Assembly: GCA_017882335.1 (NCBI GenBank)
Contig: JADGPR010000009.1
Span: 990 to 64,989, forward strand
DNA length: 64,000 nt
Origin: Bacteroidales bacterium
Lineage (GTDB): Bacteria > Bacteroidota > Bacteroidia > Bacteroidales > FEN-979
Direction: 5' to 3'
A program made the position numbers and the translations under genes. Shown one piece after another: positions 9,068-19,402 of the stretch; the stretch's first letter is position 1, and each line of letters begins with the position of its first letter. Below the pieces are notes generated by a model that did not search any database, was not told the DNA's origin, and saw only the letters and a list, made by a program, of their open reading frames with translations.

Positions 9068-11398
9068 ATGAAGCACCTCCTGCTTGGTTTGCTCTTTCTT
9101 GGTTTTCTAAATGTCTCAGGACAAGAAAAAACCACTACATATCTGACCGATCCATCTGCAACTCCACCCGATCTCATTATTACCCTTAAACACATCCGGG
9201 CAGATGTCAGATTTAACCCCGAAGAAAATCTCATCCTGGCAAAAACAGAATTTACATTCACCCCGAACCGTTACCAGACTGATTCAATCATTTTTTATGC
9301 ACCCGAATTCAAGGTAAATTCAATTCAGATCACTGGTAAGGATTTTTCCATCAAACTGCAGCCTTTCGACTGGAAACTCAAAGGCCCGAACCTGGTTCTT
9401 TATCCTCCTTCATCCGCCCTGAAATATCATTCAGAATATAAACTGGTCATCGACTATACGTCGCAGCCAAAAGCTGGGGCGATCTATTTCATCGGGTGGA
9501 GGCCTGAAGAAAAAGGAAAACGGAAAGAGATCTGGGCACATCGCCCGCACGGCTGGCTTCCATACCTGGATGCCCGTATTACGATGGACATGTTCTACAC
9601 GTTTAACAGGAATTACAAGGTGTTTGCCAATGGAGAAAGGGTAGAGGTAAAAGACAATCCCGATAGTACCCGAACGTGGCATTACCGAATGGCAAAAGAC
9701 CATCCTTATTTCTCAACCGCAGTGGTCATCGGTGACTATGATTATAAGACTTCAAATTCAGCCGGCGGGGTTCCCCTCGAATTCTGGTACTATAAGGGCC
9801 AGGAAGACAAAGTTCAGCCTACCTACCAGTACACGGAAGCCATGATGGATTTTCTGGGAAAAGAAACCGGCGTAAAATATCCTTATCCTGTTTACCGGCA
9901 GGCGCCCGTCATCGATTATATGTATGGTGCCATGGAGACTACCACATCCACGGTTTTCGGCGATTTCATCTTCATTGATCCGCATGCTTACTGGCAACGG
10001 AACTACATCAATACCAATGCCCATGAAATGGCTCATCAATGGTTCGGCAATTGCATTGCACATTTCGTGAACAAGGATGTGTGGCTGACGGAAAGTTTTG
10101 CGACCTATTATGCGAAGATTTTCGAAAGGTCAATTTTCGGAAAAGATTATTACCAGAATGTCATGAACGACGAACTGACCCTTGCCCTCAATGCAGCAAA
10201 GACCAACAATTACCCGGTTGGAGGCTCGATGGGCGGCAATGCAAGGATCTACCAGAAAGGTTCCCTGGTGCTGGGTATGCTCCGGAACGTAATGGGCGAC
10301 CGTGAATTTAAGGATGCGATCAGGTTGTATCTGGAAAGATATAGTTTTAAGTATGCACAAACCGGTGATCTTCTTAGCTGTATCTATGATGTAACCGGCA
10401 AATCCTATAACTGGTTCTTTGAAGAATGGATCCTGCATGGAGGCGAACCGGAGTATAAGGTTTCCTATACTGTTCTGGATGATACAACCGGGAAACGTGC
10501 AACCCATATCACGGTCACACAAATGCAGGAGACCGGTAACCTGGTTGGCTTGTTCAAAATGCCCATCCGGTTTGAAGTGCATTATAAGGATTCACATTCC
10601 GACACCCTGGCCGCGTGGATCGAAAATAAAACCCAGGAAGTCATCATCCCCAACCCGGAAAAGAAAACCATCGATTTTGTGTTGTTCGATCCGGGAAGAA
10701 AAGTAGTGAAGAAAGTCACATTTGAAAAAGATTTTGAGGAATTGTCGGCACAGGCCATGAAGACGCCCGAAATGATCGACCGCTACGATGCCCTTACCGC
10801 TTTGCGTTCCTTTCCGGTATCCCAAAAGAGAGCGATCCTGGCTGGCTGTTACCGGAAAGAAACTTTCCACCTTACGAAGTCAGAGATTATTGATCAACTC
10901 TCAACTGACCGGACCGATGTTTCTATTGAACTATTCCGGCAGGCCCTGAACGATACCGATGCCAATGTCAGGAAAGCAGTTCTCAAAGATGTTTTTCCTA
11001 TTCCGGGCTCACTTCAATCCGAGGCAGAAAGAGCCTTGCAGGATTACTCTTATCTGAACCAGGAACTCGCGCTGCAGAATCTATGTCAATCCTTTCCTGA
11101 GAATACAAATAAATATCTTGAAACGACCAAAAGTCTGACAGGTTGGAGGGGATTAAACATCCGGATGAAATGGCTGGAAGTAGCCATCGCTAAAGGCAAA
11201 ACGGAATTCCTCCCGGAACTTGTAGCGTATTCAGGTCAACAATATGAGTTTGAAACCCGGATGAATGCACTCTCGGTAATGAAAAGGCTGAGATACATCG
11301 ATGAGATGACATTGGCCAATGCAAGATCAGCAAGCCAGCACTGGAACAATAAACTAAGGGATGCCGGTAAGGAGTACTTAAATTATTTCGGGAAATGA
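9068..11398 (+). CDS. Secreted M1-family zinc aminopeptidase
   Basis: 776 aa with a signal peptide and the gluzincin signature HEMAHQWFGN followed by WLTESFATYY. The C-terminal region looks helical, as in ERAP1_C domains. Confidence 0.9.
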   Translation: MKHLLLGLLFLGFLNVSGQEKTTTYLTDPSATPPDLIITLKHIRADVRFNPEENLILAKTEFTFTPNRYQTDSIIFYAPEFKVNSIQITGKDFSIKLQPFDWKLKGPNLVLYPPSSALKYHSEYKLVIDYTSQPKAGAIYFIGWRPEEKGKRKEIWAHRPHGWLPYLDARITMDMFYTFNRNYKVFANGERVEVKDNPDSTRTWHYRMAKDHPYFSTAVVIGDYDYKTSNSAGGVPLEFWYYKGQEDKVQPTYQYTEAMMDFLGKETGVKYPYPVYRQAPVIDYMYGAMETTTSTVFGDFIFIDPHAYWQRNYINTNAHEMAHQWFGNCIAHFVNKDVWLTESFATYYAKIFERSIFGKDYYQNVMNDELTLALNAAKTNNYPVGGSMGGNARIYQKGSLVLGMLRNVMGDREFKDAIRLYLERYSFKYAQTGDLLSCIYDVTGKSYNWFFEEWILHGGEPEYKVSYTVLDDTTGKRATHITVTQMQETGNLVGLFKMPIRFEVHYKDSHSDTLAAWIENKTQEVIIPNPEKKTIDFVLFDPGRKVVKKVTFEKDFEELSAQAMKTPEMIDRYDALTALRSFPVSQKRAILAGCYRKETFHLTKSEIIDQLSTDRTDVSIELFRQALNDTDANVRKAVLKDVFPIPGSLQSEAERALQDYSYLNQELALQNLCQSFPENTNKYLETTKSLTGWRGLNIRMKWLEVAIAKGKTEFLPELVAYSGQQYEFETRMNALSVMKRLRYIDEMTLANARSASQHWNNKLRDAGKEYLNYFGK

Positions 11399-11416
11399 AG
11401 CGGATAATAAAACAAT

Positions 11417-11556
11417 GTTCTCGCAGATTTTCGCTGATTTAATCGCAGATTCCCGCAGAAAACCTTATAACTATTCATATCAGCTTATTTTTTTTATCAA
11501 AGACATGAATCCCATCTGCGAAAATTTGCGGGAAATCTGCGTTAATCTGCGAGAAA
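11417..11556. mobile_element. MITE-like non-coding element of repeat family A (CGCAGAT words in inverted terminal arms)
   Basis: Left arm gttctcgcagattttcgctgatttaatcgcagattcccgcagaaaa. Right arm catctgcgaaaatttgcgggaaatctgcgttaatctgcgagaaaa, whose termini are reverse complements (ttctcgcagatt / aatctgcgagaa). No coding capacity. Confidence 0.6.
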
Positions 11557-11574
11557 AAAAACAGAGAATGGAGG

Positions 11575-12786
11575 ATGGTAAAGAGGCATAAAATGAGTAA
11601 AACAAAAATATTAACCCGAACCATTCTGCTTGTCTCCTTTGTCAGTCTCTTCACCGACATTGCCAGCGAAATGCTCTATCCGATCATGCCGGTGTACCTC
11701 CGTTCGATAGGTTTTTCTGTTCTTCTGATCGGGATACTGGAAGGCGTTGCGGAAGCAACCGCCGGTTTATCCAAAGGTTATTTCGGGAACCTTTCCGATG
11801 TCCTTCAGAAACGGGTTCCGTTTGTCAAAGGCGGGTATACCCTCAGCGCCATCTCCAAACCCCTGCTGGCTATTTTTACGTTTCCTCTGTGGGTCTTCTT
11901 CGCCCGCACACTCGACCGTCTCGGGAAAGGCATACGTACCAGCGCCCGTGATGCAATTTTAAGTGATGAAACCACGCCTGAACATAAAGGAAAGGTGTTC
12001 GGGTTTCACCGTTCAATGGATACCGTAGGTGCTGCCATCGGCCCCGTTTTCGCTTTGATCTTCCTTTATTTTTATCCTGGGGAATATAAATGGCTCTTTA
12101 TTATTGCCTTCTTTCCGGGGATTGTAGCCATTGCACTTTCCTTTCTCCTGAAAGAGAAAAAGAAAAATCCGGATGATGTTTCCCAGGATCCCGCAAAAAT
12201 ATCTTTCTTCGGATACTTCAGGTACTGGAAAAAAGCTTCTCCTGGATTCCGCAGGCTGACAGGCGGTCTGCTGGCTTTCGCCCTGTTCAATAGTTCCGAT
12301 GCATTCCTTTTGCTGGCATTGAAGAACCAGGGAATGTCTGATACCCGTATGATAGGCTTTTATATCTTTTATAACCTGGTTTATGCAATGTTGTCATATC
12401 CGGTTGGTGCGATGGCCGACAAGATCGGCCTGAAAACCATGCTCATCACAGGATTGGTCGTCTTCTCACTGGTTTATTTTTTCTTCGGATTCGCCACTTC
12501 CCTCATGGCATTCGGAATACTGTTCTTCTTTTATGCCATTTACGCTGCTTGTACTGAAGGGATCTCCAAAGCGCTGATCACCAATATGGCCGATAAATCC
12601 GATACAGCGACCGCAATTGGTTTTTATACCAGTTTTGCAAGCATTTTTACGCTCCTGTCGAGCAGTCTTTCCGGGTTGTTATGGTATTCCATCGGACCCA
12701 AGTCGATGTTTATGATTTCCGGACTGGGTGTTTTCGCAGTAGTTATCTATCTTGTGTTGATCCTTGGGAAAAGATCAACCCGATAA
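11575..12786 (+). CDS. MFS transporter
   Basis: 403 aa, about 12 TM segments, with an MFS-type loop motif (RTLDRLGKGIRTSARDA). The start could instead be the Met at 11593. Confidence 0.85.
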   Translation: MVKRHKMSKTKILTRTILLVSFVSLFTDIASEMLYPIMPVYLRSIGFSVLLIGILEGVAEATAGLSKGYFGNLSDVLQKRVPFVKGGYTLSAISKPLLAIFTFPLWVFFARTLDRLGKGIRTSARDAILSDETTPEHKGKVFGFHRSMDTVGAAIGPVFALIFLYFYPGEYKWLFIIAFFPGIVAIALSFLLKEKKKNPDDVSQDPAKISFFGYFRYWKKASPGFRRLTGGLLAFALFNSSDAFLLLALKNQGMSDTRMIGFYIFYNLVYAMLSYPVGAMADKIGLKTMLITGLVVFSLVYFFFGFATSLMAFGILFFFYAIYAACTEGISKALITNMADKSDTATAIGFYTSFASIFTLLSSSLSGLLWYSIGPKSMFMISGLGVFAVVIYLVLILGKRSTR

Positions 12787-12870
12787 ATAAATTATCTTTC
12801 TTGTTTACCGATATTTTCAAGTCAAAAAAACATTTTCTTCGTAACTTAGCTTGTTTCAAAATTATAAATT

Positions 12871-15099
12871 ATGAAAACGATCTTTACATTCCTGGCTTTT
12901 TTGCCTTTGTTCCTGGTTGCCCAAATCCGGATCCCCATTACCAACAATATGATCATAAACAGCAATTCCAACATCAAATTCATCCCCGGAAACTATGTGT
13001 TCGCCGATCCCGAACTGAATGGTGTGATCCAGATCAGCGGGAAACAGAATATCACCCTTGACGGGGATAGCTGCACCGTGAACGGAACAAATTTTCAGGG
13101 GTATATGATCAAGATCGATAACTCCTCAAACATCATGATCAAGAATTTTGATTCTGTTTTTAATTACAAATATGCAGTATATGCTACCAATTCAAGCCAT
13201 ATCAATATTAACGGGAATAACTTTTCCAGGAATAAAGTGGATTCGGCCGGCTGGATCAACGTGTGGGCAGATTATCAGCAAGCGCTCGGCGGCGGAGTTA
13301 TGATGTACCAATGCAGGGCTGCCCATATCTATAATAACACTATGAAGTTCCAGAATGACGGAGTTGCCCTGTACCACTGCGACAGCATTCGTGCACACGA
13401 CAATGACTTTGCCTGGAACACCTCATATGGCATCCGCATGTTCTGGACCGACTCCTGTTATATTTACAACAACATTGCCAACCACATCAACCGCCCTTTT
13501 ACAGATCCCAGCGACTGTGGCGCCCTGCTTATGATCATTTCCAATGAAAACCGGGTGGAGAACAATGACCTTTCCTGGTCGGGTGATGGAGTTTTTTTAG
13601 GACAATACCAGCATTCCAACATCCCGAACAACAATTATTTTGCCTGGAACGAGTGCTCATATTCCCCGCACAATGCCATCGAAGCAACCTTCGCAGATGG
13701 GAATGTTTACAAACACAACAATTGCAACTACAGTGATTACGGGTTATGGCTGGGATATTCCTTTAACAGTATTGTCGACAGTAATGAGATCACCGGTAAC
13801 TTTCATTCCGGCATTGCTATCGACCGTGGTTTCTCCAATTCCATCACCCACAACACCATTAGCGATAATCCCACCGGTATTGAGTTGTGGAAAGGCAACC
13901 CGATCACAGGATATGATACCCAGCTCTCGAAAGATTATTTCATAAGTCAAAATGTTATTGAAGGGAATACACAAGGGCTATCAGCAATCAATACCCAGCA
14001 CCTGGTCGCTGCCGGGAACCAGTTTAATTACAACGAGAACCAGTCGATCTACCTGGAATCAACCTCTACCCTGGATACAATAAGTGGTAATGATTTCCGG
14101 ATGCCTACCTCATACCATATTAAAAACTGGTCATCGAATGATATCTATGCTCCCGGCAATTCCTTTGAACCAAACGATTCGACATTGATCGCCGCCAAGA
14201 TATATGATAAGTCCGACAACATCATTAAAGGCCAGGTTAACTGGAATCCTGCCATTACAGGCCCCGCTCCGGCAATTCAGAACAATCCGCCCTGCGACAT
14301 GGCTGAACCCCAATCGGTCTGGTATGCCTATCCCGAAACCGGGTACCCGGGCCCCCGCATCCCGGATACAGTTTATTTCGACAGTACGGAAAAGGTGAAA
14401 GGGTATGCTTCCGTTAAGCTTGTTACAGGAAGAGGCTGGGATGTAGCATTGAATTACCGACCGGCGAATGATTCCGTTTCCCGGTGGTCACTGACCTCAC
14501 AGGATACCCTTTATTTCTGGGTCAGGACCATCCCAAATATTATGATTGGTTTCCAGTATTTCCATATCCGCATCGGGGATGTGGCAGGAAATTATTACAA
14601 GTACACGGCTTCTGCGACCCTGCTCACGTCAGCAAACCTGATCTGGAAACAATACAAAGTTCCCCTGGCTGGAAATTCACAGTTCAACCGCACAATGGTT
14701 GGAACCATGTCGCTGGATAAGGTCAATTATGTAGAGTTTCATGCCGATACCTGGGACTATGGATATACGCTCTGGGTAGATGGTGTCCAGTTCCAACCCT
14801 GTTCTCCGGTAACAGCCATCCCGCCCAAAACAGAAACAGGAACAAATTCACTTCAGATCCGGCCCAATCCATCTGACGGTAATGCGTGGATCACTTACCA
14901 TTTACAGGAAAGTGGAAATATACTCCTGGAGATGATTGATGCGCAAGGAACACAGGTCAGTACATTGGCAAGCGGATACAGACAACCGGGAGACTACAGC
15001 ATTCCCGTCTCAAAAGGGTTCCTGCCTTCAGGGATATATATGATCAGGCTGACAACTTCGGAGGGATCAGAGACAGAGAGGTTGGTTGTTGTAAAATAA
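12871..15099 (+). CDS. Secreted right-handed parallel beta-helix repeat protein with a T9SS type-A C-terminal sorting domain
   Basis: 742 aa with a signal peptide and repeated PbH1-like segments (NININGNNFSRN, IYNNTMKF, ITHNTISDN, ISQNVIEGN). The C-terminal ~80 aa (IRPNPSDGNAWITY...GIYMIRLTTSEGSETERLVVVK) looks like a Por secretion tail. Confidence 0.75.
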   Translation: MKTIFTFLAFLPLFLVAQIRIPITNNMIINSNSNIKFIPGNYVFADPELNGVIQISGKQNITLDGDSCTVNGTNFQGYMIKIDNSSNIMIKNFDSVFNYKYAVYATNSSHININGNNFSRNKVDSAGWINVWADYQQALGGGVMMYQCRAAHIYNNTMKFQNDGVALYHCDSIRAHDNDFAWNTSYGIRMFWTDSCYIYNNIANHINRPFTDPSDCGALLMIISNENRVENNDLSWSGDGVFLGQYQHSNIPNNNYFAWNECSYSPHNAIEATFADGNVYKHNNCNYSDYGLWLGYSFNSIVDSNEITGNFHSGIAIDRGFSNSITHNTISDNPTGIELWKGNPITGYDTQLSKDYFISQNVIEGNTQGLSAINTQHLVAAGNQFNYNENQSIYLESTSTLDTISGNDFRMPTSYHIKNWSSNDIYAPGNSFEPNDSTLIAAKIYDKSDNIIKGQVNWNPAITGPAPAIQNNPPCDMAEPQSVWYAYPETGYPGPRIPDTVYFDSTEKVKGYASVKLVTGRGWDVALNYRPANDSVSRWSLTSQDTLYFWVRTIPNIMIGFQYFHIRIGDVAGNYYKYTASATLLTSANLIWKQYKVPLAGNSQFNRTMVGTMSLDKVNYVEFHADTWDYGYTLWVDGVQFQPCSPVTAIPPKTETGTNSLQIRPNPSDGNAWITYHLQESGNILLEMIDAQGTQVSTLASGYRQPGDYSIPVSKGFLPSGIYMIRLTTSEGSETERLVVVK

Positions 15100-15165
15100 A
15101 GTACGAAGTACGATTTTTATTCTGCACTTCTGCGCCTCTTCGAGTAAAGAAATATTTGAACAAAT

Positions 15166-15306
15166 GTTTCTCGCAGATTAACGCAGATTAACGCAGATTT
15201 TCGCAGAGAAACGTTCACCACAATAGTCACAGTAGTTCACAATAGAAAAAACCCAGATGGCGCGCGATTGTAACGCGTGCCTCGTCACTGCTCGTCTTTG
15301 ACGAGC
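15166..15306. repeat. Composite of dispersed repeat modules A, B and D between convergent genes
   Basis: gtttctcgcagattaacgcagattaacgcagattttcgcagagaaacg (A), ttcaccacaatagtcacagtagttcacaatag (B), and cactgctcgtctttgacgagc (D, a 7-bp-stem hairpin). Module D abuts the stop of the minus-strand gene at 15308. Confidence 0.7.
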
Positions 15307-15307
15307 G

Positions 15308-18300
15308 TTAATCTTTCAAACAACGAACAGAGAAACCATTAACACGAGATGCCGGATAGATCGACACACTCGGATCAACATCATTCATCCCATGTGCCCA
15401 TGCCTTATTATCACTCCTTGCAGTCGATGACCAAAAGAAGGTTGCAAATCCCTGAAAATCCCATCCTTTGTTGATGTGTCTTGCTCCGGATAATAATGCA
15501 TTGAAACCAGAATAACCAGAATACTTCAGCGGACTTCCTGCAAATCCATTGTTGATGAAAGTTGCAAATAAAGTGTTCCAATCATTTTCTGAGGGGATAT
15601 GCCAGCTAGGTGGACAAAATCCTTGGTCAGCGGGAGTTTCATCAAATTGCATCAGTTCATCCCATTGATAAAGTCCGCCGTAGTTTATGCAATTGATTGG
15701 ATTGTCGTTGTAACAATACTTTTCTGCTATGCAGTTGTCTCTTTGATCCTGTGACGATGATAGGATTGTTCCATAGTTAAGGTTTGAAGCCAGCCAGCAT
15801 TGTGAGCCGATCTGCACGGTTGGATAGACTTTGTTGTCCCGGATATCCGTTAGTGGGTTGCCACAAATGAGGATGGAGGATGGAAGATTGAGGATGGAGA
15901 TTGATTTTGCAGCGCTGCAGAGTGCGGTATTCGTGTAGGTGTAGGTGATCGTGTGTGTACCGATGCCGGCAAGTGAGGGAGTAAAAATACCGGTCACTGA
16001 ATTAACGCCGGGACCGGAATAGATTCCTCCCAGCGGGATTCCTCCTTTGAGTTTGATTGGTTTGGCGTTGATAGTTGTAATCGTATCAAAACAGGATGTG
16101 AATGTGACAATTGGAGCCAGGGTTCCTCTCATGATGATCTTTGCCGAGCTAGCAGGATTTCCTGTTATACAAGCCAGGTTTGAAGTCATGATGCAGCGAA
16201 CACTATCGTTATCGGACGGATTATAAGTGTAGGTTGGTGAATTTGTACCCACATTAATTCCATTAACCTTCCATTGATAGGCTGGCGCTGATCCTCCATT
16301 AGTGGGTGAGGCAGTGAAAGCGACAGACGATCCGGGGCAGAAGGGGTTGCTGGATGCTGCTATGCTGACTCCTGCGGGAAGACTGTTGTTTTCTACCATT
16401 GTGATAGTGATGCTGGATGCAGGATTGCCGGATGTGCATAGTTCTGACGATGTGAGAATGCAAGAGACCTGATCATTATTTACCGGGTTGTAGATAAAAT
16501 TCGGACTGTTGGTTCCGGCATTAACTCCGTTTACTCTCCATTGGTAGGATGGGGTTGATCCACCATTTGTTGGTGTTGCTGTAAACGTAACGGAACTTCC
16601 CTGGCAAAAAGGATTGGCCGAAGTTGAAATAGAAATACTAACCGGCAAGTTAGGATAGACGACCATAGTGATTGAATTGGAAGTCGCAGGGTTGTTTGAT
16701 ACACAGATCGTATTTGAGGAAGTGACGATACATGTTACCAGATCATTATTCAGGGGTATGTATGAAAAGATATTGCTATTTGTCCCCTGATCTATTCCAT
16801 TCACATTCCATTGAAAAACCGGGGAAGACCCTTGATTGGTGCAGGTTGCTGTAAAGGTCACCAGGTTATTTGCACATACCGGATTAACAGATGGATTTAT
16901 GTTTATGCTAACTGGCTGACCAGGAGTCACGGTCACTGTGAAAACTTTCTGAGTTCCGTTACACGAATTCAGGGAAGGGGTGACAAGATAAGTTACAGTT
17001 TGATCAACTGTTCCTGAATTGACCAGTGTTTGTGCAATGATTGGCCCACCGGAACTCGAATAACCTGAAACTGACGGATCACTTCCGGTCGCAATCCAGC
17101 TAAATGTCGTGGAAGTAACATTGCTCGAAAGAATTATATTAGTTGTGTTTCCGGAACAGACCTGGTAGGAAGTAACTATATTGGTTACCTGTGGAATTGG
17201 GGTTATTGCAATATAAAAATTAACTGTATCTCCGGGGCAGGATAAGGCAAAGGGAACTACCCGGTAGATGACAGAATCTACTTCGCCACCGGTATTGATA
17301 AGGATTTGCTGGATAGGATTTGCAGTACCGCCAACATAGCCTGAAATAAAACCAGAAGTTGCAGTGGCCGTGTAAGAATAGGTTGTTGAAGAAATTGTTG
17401 ATTGAAGGTTGATATTTATAGCATTTCCTGAACAAATTGAAAAAGAGGTAACTGTATTCGTGAGATGGGGACTGATGTTGGCTTGCAGTTGAATGCCTGC
17501 TCCTGAGGTTCCGGGACCAAAAGGGCCATAACCACATAGAAAATTTTGACCTCTTACCTTCAGATGCATAGGTCCAGCCGGAAATGTTGAAAAAGATAAA
17601 GTAATCGAGGGCCCTTGGTTTACAAGATCCACCAATACAGTATTCGTTACATCGTCAGTCAATACCCATTCGTACAAATTATCATTCGCTCCGAGGATAG
17701 GAAAAGGAACAATGGTATAGGTATTGACTGCGCTTTGACAGAATGTAGTTGGACCAGTAATATCATCGGGGGCAAGAGGAGCTCTCTGGACAATCAGCAT
17801 TATTGGATTTGTTTCGCTGGCTGCATACCACCAGGTATTCACAGTATTTTCTGATCCGATACCAATGCCACCATAATTACCATTCCAGCGATGACACCCA
17901 ACTGTATCATAGCTGTAACACCCATTTAGTTGAGTCCTGCCTCCTTGGCTTGCAAGCAGAGTATCATTCCAATAGGTTGCAATAGGTGGACCTGAAGGCC
18001 TGACCTGTGTTACAACAAAACCATGAAGATGCCTTTCAAGGTCATATACGGGAAAGTTGGTTAGTCCATTAATGAATGTAAGTATCAGAGGGATCTGTGT
18101 CCCGGTTGATAAAGATTGTCCCAGGCCGTTTAAGCCGTTCCAGTTGAGATCATTCCAGCCGGCTTGCACGGAATCCATAATAACAACATCTTCCGGTTGT
18201 ATTCCCGGTAAAGGATTGATGTTAAATAACGCTTTAACCAGTCCCGACTTGCCAACAAAGAAATGAATGGTAAAAGAACCGTCGCATCCTTGTGTAACTG

Positions 18301-19108
18301 TCAGGTTATTTTCGTTAATAGTTCCAATGATCCCGGTTGGATAGCAAATTGTGTCGGGGTTATTTACAAAGATCTTATACTGAGGGTAACTATGATTGTA
18401 AAGCGCCGATTTACAACTGCTGTCCCATGGCATCGGTGGAGGATAGCAACCATTAGCATTGCAGGATACTGTGAATAAATCCCCCTGCATATTATTAAAA
18501 AATATGGAAGTCACGACCGAATCTTCCGAATAAATATACATGGTTCCCAGGAATGCATTTGTAGGAATATTAATTGAGTTTGATTTAAAATTCCATGTTT
18601 TTGCCCAAAGCCTTCCATTGGTTGCTGCATATGGAGTAATGGTTGTATCAATAACCGTGACATCCAATTGAAGAAGTGAGCCCATACTCAGGTCAATTTC
18701 ATAATCTCCCGGATAAACAGGAGCATAGCTGATTGGATGGTATCCGCCACTGCCCAATACATCCGGACCAACATAGGCCTGGCTGAAATATTTGATAAAC
18801 CCGTTTGATGAGCTACTCGTATTAACCGGACCATACATGAGGGTACCATTGAGTTGTAGCTTTACAGTTACTCCACCGTATACAGAAGCAAAACCCATGT
18901 ATATCTTTTCCCCCGGATGATCAATGTGAACATATAGTTTATGGTCTATGTCACAGAATTCCGTCCCGAAACAATTAGGGTTCGATGTAATGTATAAGGT
19001 TGTGTAATAGAGTGAATCGGGCGTAAGTTGTTTCATGCCTTCCGAAAATAAAAGAAAAGGCATTAAAAGCGTAAGAAAAGTGATAAAAAAATGCTTAATA
19101 GAGACCAT
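15308..19108 (-). CDS. Large secreted surface protein: unknown N-terminal region, PKD-like/Ig-like repeats, C-terminal FISUMP (Fibrobacter succinogenes major paralogous) domain
   Basis: 1266 aa with a signal peptide. Two PKD-like modules (VTSFSICSGNAININL..., VTSYQVCSGNTTNIIL...) and three tandem ~88-aa repeats (NPFCQGSSVTFTATPTNGGSTPSYQWRVNGVNAGTNSP...). C-terminal motifs are IGSQCWLASNLNYG, GGLYQWDE, CPPSWHIPSENDW and GFSVRCLKD. Confidence 0.8.
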   Translation of the reverse strand: MVSIKHFFITFLTLLMPFLLFSEGMKQLTPDSLYYTTLYITSNPNCFGTEFCDIDHKLYVHIDHPGEKIYMGFASVYGGVTVKLQLNGTLMYGPVNTSSSSNGFIKYFSQAYVGPDVLGSGGYHPISYAPVYPGDYEIDLSMGSLLQLDVTVIDTTITPYAATNGRLWAKTWNFKSNSINIPTNAFLGTMYIYSEDSVVTSIFFNNMQGDLFTVSCNANGCYPPPMPWDSSCKSALYNHSYPQYKIFVNNPDTICYPTGIIGTINENNLTVTQGCDGSFTIHFFVGKSGLVKALFNINPLPGIQPEDVVIMDSVQAGWNDLNWNGLNGLGQSLSTGTQIPLILTFINGLTNFPVYDLERHLHGFVVTQVRPSGPPIATYWNDTLLASQGGRTQLNGCYSYDTVGCHRWNGNYGGIGIGSENTVNTWWYAASETNPIMLIVQRAPLAPDDITGPTTFCQSAVNTYTIVPFPILGANDNLYEWVLTDDVTNTVLVDLVNQGPSITLSFSTFPAGPMHLKVRGQNFLCGYGPFGPGTSGAGIQLQANISPHLTNTVTSFSICSGNAININLQSTISSTTYSYTATATSGFISGYVGGTANPIQQILINTGGEVDSVIYRVVPFALSCPGDTVNFYIAITPIPQVTNIVTSYQVCSGNTTNIILSSNVTSTTFSWIATGSDPSVSGYSSSGGPIIAQTLVNSGTVDQTVTYLVTPSLNSCNGTQKVFTVTVTPGQPVSININPSVNPVCANNLVTFTATCTNQGSSPVFQWNVNGIDQGTNSNIFSYIPLNNDLVTCIVTSSNTICVSNNPATSNSITMVVYPNLPVSISISTSANPFCQGSSVTFTATPTNGGSTPSYQWRVNGVNAGTNSPNFIYNPVNNDQVSCILTSSELCTSGNPASSITITMVENNSLPAGVSIAASSNPFCPGSSVAFTASPTNGGSAPAYQWKVNGINVGTNSPTYTYNPSDNDSVRCIMTSNLACITGNPASSAKIIMRGTLAPIVTFTSCFDTITTINAKPIKLKGGIPLGGIYSGPGVNSVTGIFTPSLAGIGTHTITYTYTNTALCSAAKSISILNLPSSILICGNPLTDIRDNKVYPTVQIGSQCWLASNLNYGTILSSSQDQRDNCIAEKYCYNDNPINCINYGGLYQWDELMQFDETPADQGFCPPSWHIPSENDWNTLFATFINNGFAGSPLKYSGYSGFNALLSGARHINKGWDFQGFATFFWSSTARSDNKAWAHGMNDVDPSVSIYPASRVNGFSVRCLKD

Positions 19109-19402
19109 TAATAAATATTGAAGTCAAATGATAATGCAAAAATTAAAATCTTTTTCAAAGTCGTCTTAATGTCCATTTTGAAATATAAAGACTGTTGATT
19201 TTATGTGATTATCCTTTAAAAAGACATGTATTTTTTGAATAGTTGCCTGAACCAGTGATTTGGGGAAGGAATCAGATAAATAGCAGTGAAAATAAAACCA
19301 CTAAAGAAGAATGATCTTTCGGAAAGACAAGTAAATGGCAGAAGGTTGCTTCGCTGTTTTAGCGTCTTCGCGTCTTAGCGGTTAAGAAAACGTTAGAACA
19401 AA

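Noticed and set aside
15166-15213. Possible miniature CRISPR array (tcgcagatta acgcagatta acgcagattt)
   Set aside because: The period is only about 10 nt with no unique spacers and only 3-4 units. The same words form the inverted arms of MITE-like elements, and no cas genes are present.
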